Below are positions 1 through 3,681 of a DNA stretch of 6,090 nt, piece after piece. The notes beneath the pieces are model-generated. The model saw only the letters and a list, made by a program, of their open reading frames with translations, was not told where the DNA came from and did no database searches. This DNA is from a virus: IMG/VR virus record IMGVR_UViG_3300029415_000028. One strand, written 5' to 3'. Within the stretch, counting starts at the first letter, position 1. Each line of letters begins with the position of its first letter. The translations under genes were made by a program, and so were the position numbers.

Positions 1-99
1 AGAAGATTTATTTTGATTTTTATTCAAACTCTCAATGGGAGAAGCATTTGGCTTATTCTTACAATGTTGATTATTGGGACGGTAAGAGCTCTGTTGAAA
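1..99. repeat. Terminal redundancy, copy 1. It is identical to 5992..6090 and marks the closure point of a 5991-nt circular genome.
   Basis: I compared all 99 bases by eye with 5992..6090 and found no mismatch. The capsid reading frame continues across the junction without a stop, and 5991 is divisible by 3. Confidence 0.97.
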
Positions 100-1115
100 T
101 CTCTGCCGATATGATTAAGCTTCGGTATGCGAATTATCCTAAAGATTATTTCCTTGGCGTGCTTCCTTCTTCCCAGTATGGCTCGGTAGCTGTTTTGCCT
201 GGCACCAATTATCCTCAATACGGTGGTTCTTCTATTGTTGCCGCTGGTGGTTCTGCTCCTCGTTTGGTTAATCCTACGGAAACTTCTGTTGGTCTTGTTC
301 CTGCTGGTCCCGGTTCTAATGTTCCTGTTATTCTTAATTCTGACCTTTCCGCTCTCTCAATTCGTGCAACCGAATACCTCCAGCGCTGGAAAGAGGTAGT
401 ACAGTTCTCTAGTAAGGACTATTCAGACCAAATGGCCGCTCAGTTTGGTATTAAAGCCCCTGAGTATATGGGTAATCATGCCCATTATATTGGAGGTTGG
501 TCTAATGTGATTAATATTAATGAGGTTCTGAATACTAATTTGACTGCCGATAACTCTCAGGCTGTTATTGCTGGTAAAGGTGTTGGTTCTCAGTCTGGCC
601 ATACTATTACTTATGATTGTGGCGCTGAACATCAGGTAATTATGTGTGTTTACCATGCCGTTCCTTTGCTCGACTGGTCTCTTAAAGGTCATAACCCCCA
701 GTTGTTATGTACATCTATTTCTGATTTCCCCCAGCCTGCTTTTGATCAGTTAGGTATGCAGCCTGTTCCTGCTCTGACGCTTAATAACAGTCCGTCTGCT
801 CCTACTGGTAATATTGGATATAATCTGCGTTATTGGCAATGGAAATCTGCTGTTGATACTGTTCATGGCGCGTTCCGTCCTGCTGCTGCTTATCAGTCTT
901 GGGTTGCTCCGCTTCAAGGTTCTCAGATCCAAGTCTCTGGTCAGTCTTCATTGAATTATCAGTCATTTAAGATTCGTCCTCAGCAGTTGAACTCTATATT
1001 TGAGCCGCAGATTACTACTAGTAATTATAATGTGGCTTATGACCAGTTGTTATGTAATGTTAATTTCCAAGTGTATGCTGTGCAGAACTTGGACAGAAAT
1101 GGTTTACCTTATTAA
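3..1115 (+). CDS. VP1: Major capsid protein VP1 (F-like), C-terminal 370 aa. The 5' part of the gene lies at 5379..5991 across the circular junction. The TTG at 48 in the ORF track is not the real start.
   Basis: The frame is open from base 3 (KIYFDFYSNSQWEKH...) and continues the frame of 5379..6090. Stop is TAA at 1113..1115. The size, the T-ending codon bias and the YQKIYFDFY region are typical of Microviridae capsid proteins (Pfam Phage_F type). Confidence 0.93.
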   Translation, partial: KIYFDFYSNSQWEKHLAYSYNVDYWDGKSSVEISADMIKLRYANYPKDYFLGVLPSSQYGSVAVLPGTNYPQYGGSSIVAAGGSAPRLVNPTETSVGLVPAGPGSNVPVILNSDLSALSIRATEYLQRWKEVVQFSSKDYSDQMAAQFGIKAPEYMGNHAHYIGGWSNVININEVLNTNLTADNSQAVIAGKGVGSQSGHTITYDCGAEHQVIMCVYHAVPLLDWSLKGHNPQLLCTSISDFPQPAFDQLGMQPVPALTLNNSPSAPTGNIGYNLRYWQWKSAVDTVHGAFRPAAAYQSWVAPLQGSQIQVSGQSSLNYQSFKIRPQQLNSIFEPQITTSNYNVAYDQLLCNVNFQVYAVQNLDRNGLPY

Positions 1116-1127
1116 TTGTGTGTTATT

Positions 1128-1580
1128 ATGAGAAATTTTGCTTATATCAATCCTGATTTTGAACAGGATACCGTGGTTCCCGAATTGATCGAAGGAAATC
1201 CCTGTTACGCGCCTAGTGTATATGATTCGGTTATGTTGGAAGAATTGTCTGATGGCTCGTTTATGTATATGGATATGACTTCTATTCTCCTTAATCAGGA
1301 GAAATACCGCCGTCTCCTCGGTGACATGAATGTACAGAATATTCTTGCCCAGATGCATCCTACTCAGTCTACTACCATGGATAGTATGACTGACGAAGAG
1401 CGATTTAACTGCGTTATTTCCCGTCATTGCCAGACTATGTCAGAGAGACAAGCTGTATTACAACAGTTGGCTAATGAGAAGTCTGAATTAACTAAGTATG
1501 CGCAGGCAATGTTGGAAGAACAATTGGCAGAGAAAGAAGCAGTGCCGTCTACGGATCACGCATCTGCTCCTGAGTCATAA
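1128..1580 (+). CDS. Acidic 150-aa protein between VP1 and VP2. It is a possible internal scaffolding (VP3-like) protein, but the function is not established.
   Basis: ATG at 1128 lies 12 nt after the VP1 stop; the track's 1116 start is a TTG. The stop TAA overlaps the VP2 ATG (TAATG at 1578..1582). The protein is D/E-rich with a helical, Q/E/L/K-rich C-terminus. Its size and charge resemble microvirus scaffolding proteins. I cannot verify homology. Confidence 0.7.
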   Translation: MRNFAYINPDFEQDTVVPELIEGNPCYAPSVYDSVMLEELSDGSFMYMDMTSILLNQEKYRRLLGDMNVQNILAQMHPTQSTTMDSMTDEERFNCVISRHCQTMSERQAVLQQLANEKSELTKYAQAMLEEQLAEKEAVPSTDHASAPES

Positions 1581-2704
1581 TGGGTCTTTTTGATGCTATT
1601 GCTTCTTCTGTAGGAAACCTTACCGACAATGTTGTCGGTATGATTAACCAGAATCATCAGAATAAGGTTAATCTCCGTATGATGCGAGAGCAGAACGCGT
1701 TTAACGCTGATCAGGCTGCTATACAACGTCAGTGGCAGACTGATATGTGGGATCGTAATAATCGGTATAATTCGCCTGATGAGATGATATCTCGTGGTTT
1801 AAATCCATTTGTTCAAGGTTCTGCTGCTATGGCTGGTTCTAGGTCTCCTGCTTCAGGCGGAGTTGCTGCTACTGCTGCTCCTGTTCCTAGTATGCAGGCT
1901 TATAAGCCTAATTTTTCTAATGTGTTTCAGTCTCTTGCTTCCCTTGCTCAAGCTAAGGCTTCAGAAGCTTCTGCTCGTGAATCTGGCGCTCGCGCTAATC
2001 AAACTGATACGGTAACTCCTCTTTTGTCTGATTATTATAGAGGTCTTACTAATTGGAAGAATCTAGCTATTGGTTCTTCCGGTTATTGGAATAAGGAAAC
2101 AGGCCGTATATCTGCTGCTCTAGACCAGTCTACTGAGGCTCAGAATCTAAAGAACGCCCAGTTTGCTGAGCGTATATCTGCCGCTCAAGAGACTCAAATC
2201 CTACTTAATTCTGAAGCTCAGCGTGTTATGAATAAATATATGGATGAGAATCAACAGGCTGATTTGTTTATCAAAGCACAAACTTTGGCTAATCTTCAGA
2301 ATCAAGGTGCTCTTACGGAAAAACAGATTCAGACTGAAATTCAGCGTGCTATTCTTACTGCTGCTGAGGCTTCTGGTAAGAAAATTGATAATCGTTTGGC
2401 TTCTGAAACGGCTGATTCTTTGATTAAGGCAGCTAACGCCTCTAATGAATTGCAATATCGTGATAGTACGTATGATTATAAGAATGTTAAGCTTCGTAAA
2501 CATACGGAGTATAAAACTTCTATGGCGAATCAGAAAGCTGCTGAATATGGCGCAGACTTGGTCCGCAAACAAGGTCGTACTCATTATTGGGAGTCTGTTT
2601 CGCATGGTCTTGGTGCTATTGCTTCCGGTAGTGGCAATGTTATTGGTACCTATAATAGAGCATTCCCTCTTAAACCTATATCTGTGAAGGGTTTTGGTCG
2701 ATAA
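1580..2704 (+). CDS. VP2: VP2 minor capsid / DNA pilot protein (H-like), 374 aa.
   Basis: N-terminus is GLFDAI...NQNHQNKVNLRMMREQNAFNADQAAIQRQW...NRYNSPDEMISRGLNPF. This is the Q/N-rich block followed by 'YNSP....GLNP' that I recognise from non-phiX Microviridae VP2 proteins. An Ala/Ser/Gly low-complexity linker follows (about 1830..1990), then a long helical Q/A/E/K-rich region. The start is coupled to the upstream gene. Confidence 0.85.
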   Translation: MGLFDAIASSVGNLTDNVVGMINQNHQNKVNLRMMREQNAFNADQAAIQRQWQTDMWDRNNRYNSPDEMISRGLNPFVQGSAAMAGSRSPASGGVAATAAPVPSMQAYKPNFSNVFQSLASLAQAKASEASARESGARANQTDTVTPLLSDYYRGLTNWKNLAIGSSGYWNKETGRISAALDQSTEAQNLKNAQFAERISAAQETQILLNSEAQRVMNKYMDENQQADLFIKAQTLANLQNQGALTEKQIQTEIQRAILTAAEASGKKIDNRLASETADSLIKAANASNELQYRDSTYDYKNVKLRKHTEYKTSMANQKAAEYGADLVRKQGRTHYWESVSHGLGAIASGSGNVIGTYNRAFPLKPISVKGFGR

Positions 2705-2781
2705 CATCCTTCAGGACTAGAAGCCCATCGCGGCGTTTGAGCGATATACACCCGCTGCCCGCGTAGGGCCTGATCGAAAAA

Positions 2782-2827
2782 CGGAGCGGAGCGACTTCCT
2801 TAAAGAAGCGTTCCGCTTCGGTATTTT
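2782..2827 (+). terminator. Candidate intrinsic terminator for the genome-length transcript.
   Basis: A 16-pair GC-rich hairpin (CGGAGCGGAGCG-A-CTTC / GAAGCGTTCCGCTTCG, loop CTTAAA) is followed directly by G-TATTTT (2821..2827). It lies 78 nt downstream of the VP2 stop and upstream of the only promoter-like element. Confidence 0.4.
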
Positions 2828-2870
2828 AGCACAGCGTGCGCAAAGGCAAGACAGTTCCTGCCTTGCCGTG

Positions 2871-2894
2871 TCTATACATCTCTGTATACATCCA
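2871..2894 (+). repeat. Tandem iteron-like repeat with a 12-nt period: TCTATACATCTC / TGTATACATCCA. The exact 8-mer TATACATC occurs at 2873..2880 and 2885..2892.
   Basis: Read directly from the sequence; 9 of 12 positions are identical between the two units. The repeat sits immediately 5' of the origin-like CCACTTG/TTAATTAA motif. Confidence 0.6.
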
Positions 2895-2932
2895 CTTGTT
2901 AATTAAGCGAAGCCCCTAGTTGTGTGCGAAGC
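2892..2932 (+). promoter_or_regulatory. Candidate (+)-strand replication origin / Rep nick region. It comprises CCACTTG|TTAATTAA followed by two GCGAAGC mini-hairpin motifs.
   Basis: CCACTTG (2892..2898) plus the AT-only 8-mer TTAATTAA (2899..2906) resembles the phiX174 gene-A cleavage region CAACTTG|ATATTAATAAC, with 6 of 7 matches in the left arm followed by an AT-rich run. GCGAAGC occurs at 2907..2913 and 2926..2932. The function is inferred by analogy only. Confidence 0.35.
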
Positions 2933-3006
2933 AAATCCGAGTTATCCTCTCGGATTCTCCCGCCCCTCGTCCATAAACGCACAACTCACACTCTACGGTA
3001 GAATCT

Positions 3007-3017
3007 AAAAAAAAAAA
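3007..3017 (+). repeat. A11 homopolymer. It forms the loop of an imperfect hairpin (AGAATCT 3000..3006 / AGATTTCT 3017..3024) and sits where an UP-element would be, upstream of the -33 box.
   Basis: Counted directly: four A at 3007..3010 and seven A at 3011..3017. Confidence 0.9.
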
Positions 3018-3024
3018 GATTTCT

Positions 3025-3055
3025 TTTGGAATTATAAAAATAGTTTGTATATTTG
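3025..3055 (+). promoter_or_regulatory. Bacteroidetes-type promoter: -33 TTTG (3025..3028), 19-nt spacer, -7 TATATTTG (3048..3055, matching TAnnTTTG).
   Basis: Both consensus elements described for Bacteroides primary-sigma promoters match exactly, at the reported spacing. The context is AT-rich and about 50 nt upstream of the first ATG (3107). I found no comparable motif pair elsewhere in the window. Confidence 0.55.
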
Positions 3056-3106
3056 CCCCCAGTTAGAAGTTACAACTGTTATTAACATTTTAAACATTTT
3101 ACAATT

Positions 3107-3301
3107 ATGCAGAAATTTATTATCTCAGTTAAAGACAAAAACACTGGTCGTGATGTTATTTCGCCTTATATTGTCAATTCTCTCGATGGCCTTGGAAATT
3201 ATTCTGAGCGAATGTCTCCGTTGGGCTTTATTGTTATTGTGGATTCGATTAAAGAAGAAAATAATTTTGTTGAAATTAAAACTCAAGGTTATGAAAACTA
3301 A
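3107..3301 (+). CDS. Hypothetical 64-aa protein, the first gene after the promoter.
   Basis: It starts at the first ATG after a 400-nt ATG-free stretch. Its composition is ordinary, not the hydrophobic kind produced by frame artefacts. Its stop (TAA 3299..3301) overlaps the next ATG (3291). I recognise no motif. Confidence 0.6.
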   Translation: MQKFIISVKDKNTGRDVISPYIVNSLDGLGNYSERMSPLGFIVIVDSIKEENNFVEIKTQGYEN

Positions 3302-3374
3302 TAATATTTGGAAAATTGTGATTGGAGCTGTATCCGCTGCTCTTGGTTATATCCTTAATGCTATTGGATTATGA
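3291..3374 (+). CDS. 27-aa micro-ORF encoding one predicted transmembrane helix (MKTNNIWKIVIGAVSAALGYILNAIGL). It is a candidate holin-like or membrane partner of the downstream peptidase.
   Basis: ATG 3291 overlaps the upstream gene by 11 nt. The stop TGA (3372..3374) overlaps the peptidase ATG (3371) in an ATGA arrangement. The N-terminus carries K2 and K8, followed by 19 uncharged, mostly hydrophobic residues. It does not overlap a larger gene, so codon-bias artefact is a less likely explanation, but the ORF is very short. Confidence 0.4.
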   Translation: MKTNNIWKIVIGAVSAALGYILNAIGL

Positions 3375-3679
3375 ATGAGACTTTGATGGATTTTCTTGAG
3401 CTGTTGTTATGCTTTAATTTGCATATTACAGTGACAAGTGCCAAACGTTCTATTGCTGAAAATAAGGCTGTCGGTGGTGTACCTTCCTCTCAGCATTTGT
3501 TTGGAGAAGCCATTGATATTAAACCTTATGGTTCTACTACTTATAGTCGCTTGCTTGAGTTTATCCACAATTATTCGGATCATACTCATGTATTTGACCA
3601 ATTGATATTATATCCTACATTTATTCATATTTCATTTGGTCCTCGTAATCGTCGCCAAGTGATTGATAAACGTAAATAG
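3371..3679 (+). CDS. Minimal zinc D,D- or L,D-peptidase of the LAS / M15 type (Peptidase_M15_3-like), 102 aa. It is a probable peptidoglycan hydrolase (endolysin).
   Basis: Motifs occur in the family order. TSAKRS...N..VGG corresponds to SGYR...N..VGG. S-Q-H42-LFGEAI-D49-I is the H-x6-D zinc motif (3494..3517). F-I-H86-I-S corresponds to the terminal F-V-H-V-D histidine (3626..3628). The roughly 40-aa N-terminal segment usual in this family is missing, and there is no signal peptide. Confidence 0.8.
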   Translation: MNETLMDFLELLLCFNLHITVTSAKRSIAENKAVGGVPSSQHLFGEAIDIKPYGSTTYSRLLEFIHNYSDHTHVFDQLILYPTFIHISFGPRNRRQVIDKRK

Positions 3680-3681
3680 TT

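Larger units (their letters stand above)
2705..2995 (+). other. GC-rich (about 52% by hand count), ATG-free, hairpin-dense non-coding island. It is a candidate replication-origin, priming-site or structured-RNA module.
   Basis: No ORF is plausible on either strand. Hairpin 1 is 2723-2733/2759-2769, 9 bp with a 2x2 internal loop and an inner 4-bp helix 2740-2743/2753-2756. Hairpin 2 is 2782-2798/2805-2820, 16 pairs with 2 G.T and a bulged A2794. Hairpin 3 is 2845-2854/2858-2867, 10 positions with one A.C mismatch. Hairpin 4 is 2934-2941/2949-2956, a perfect 8 bp. The G.T pairs would be A.C mismatches on the other strand, so folding is specific to the + strand. Confidence 0.6.

Noticed and set aside
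48-1115. TTG starts proposed by the track at 48 (for VP1) and at 1116 (for the 154-aa ORF).
   Set aside because: The VP1 frame is open back to base 3 and continues from 5379 across the circular junction, so 48 is internal. For the second ORF, an ATG four codons downstream (1128) is the more conventional start.
1830-1990. An Ala/Ser/Gly-rich, GCT-repetitive stretch in VP2 that looks like a nucleotide-level tandem repeat.
   Set aside because: It is in frame, irregular, and corresponds to a low-complexity flexible linker of the kind common in pilot or minor capsid proteins. It is not a discrete DNA repeat element.
1809-2015. Leu-rich 68-aa ORF inside VP2. The ORFs at 2445..2687, 3971..4231, 5114..5308 and 5413..5625 are similar cases.
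   Set aside because: These are off-frame overlaps of well-supported genes (VP2, VP4 and VP1). Their Leu/Phe/Ile/Val/Ser/Cys-rich, low-complexity products are the kind the T-rich coding bias generates by chance. They have no independent start context.
2770-2779. CTGATCGAAA, which superficially resembles the hammerhead ribozyme core (CUGAnGA ... GAAA).
   Set aside because: The G8/A9 positions do not match, there is no stem II between the two boxes, and there is no suitably placed cleavage triplet or stem I/III. The minus-strand CTGAAGG at about 2708..2716 also fails the core. I could not fit twister or HDV-like cores by eye either, so a covariance-model scan would be needed to exclude them formally.
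2871-2894. A possible dif/XerCD-type recombination site (attP) in the TATACATC region. Alpavirinae-like proviruses in Bacteroidetes have been proposed to integrate through host Xer recombinases.
   Set aside because: The repeats are direct, not the inverted 11-6-11 arm architecture of dif sites, and I cannot recall a Bacteroidetes dif consensus to compare against. No integrase is encoded. I keep it only as an alternative to the iteron interpretation.
2705-3000. A tRNA, tRNA fragment or other known small RNA gene in the GC island.
   Set aside because: There is no T-loop (GTTCRANNC-like) or D-loop signature, and no cloverleaf can be drawn from the four hairpins. The 2934..2956 stem-loop has an 8-bp stem, unlike a 5-bp anticodon arm.
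3045-3290. The upstream part of the 109-aa ORF 3045..3374 (TTG start).
   Set aside because: It would start inside the -7 promoter box and overlaps the better-supported 64-aa ORF out of frame. Only its last 27 codons (3291..3374, with a proper ATG and an ATGA-coupled stop) look like a genuine unit.
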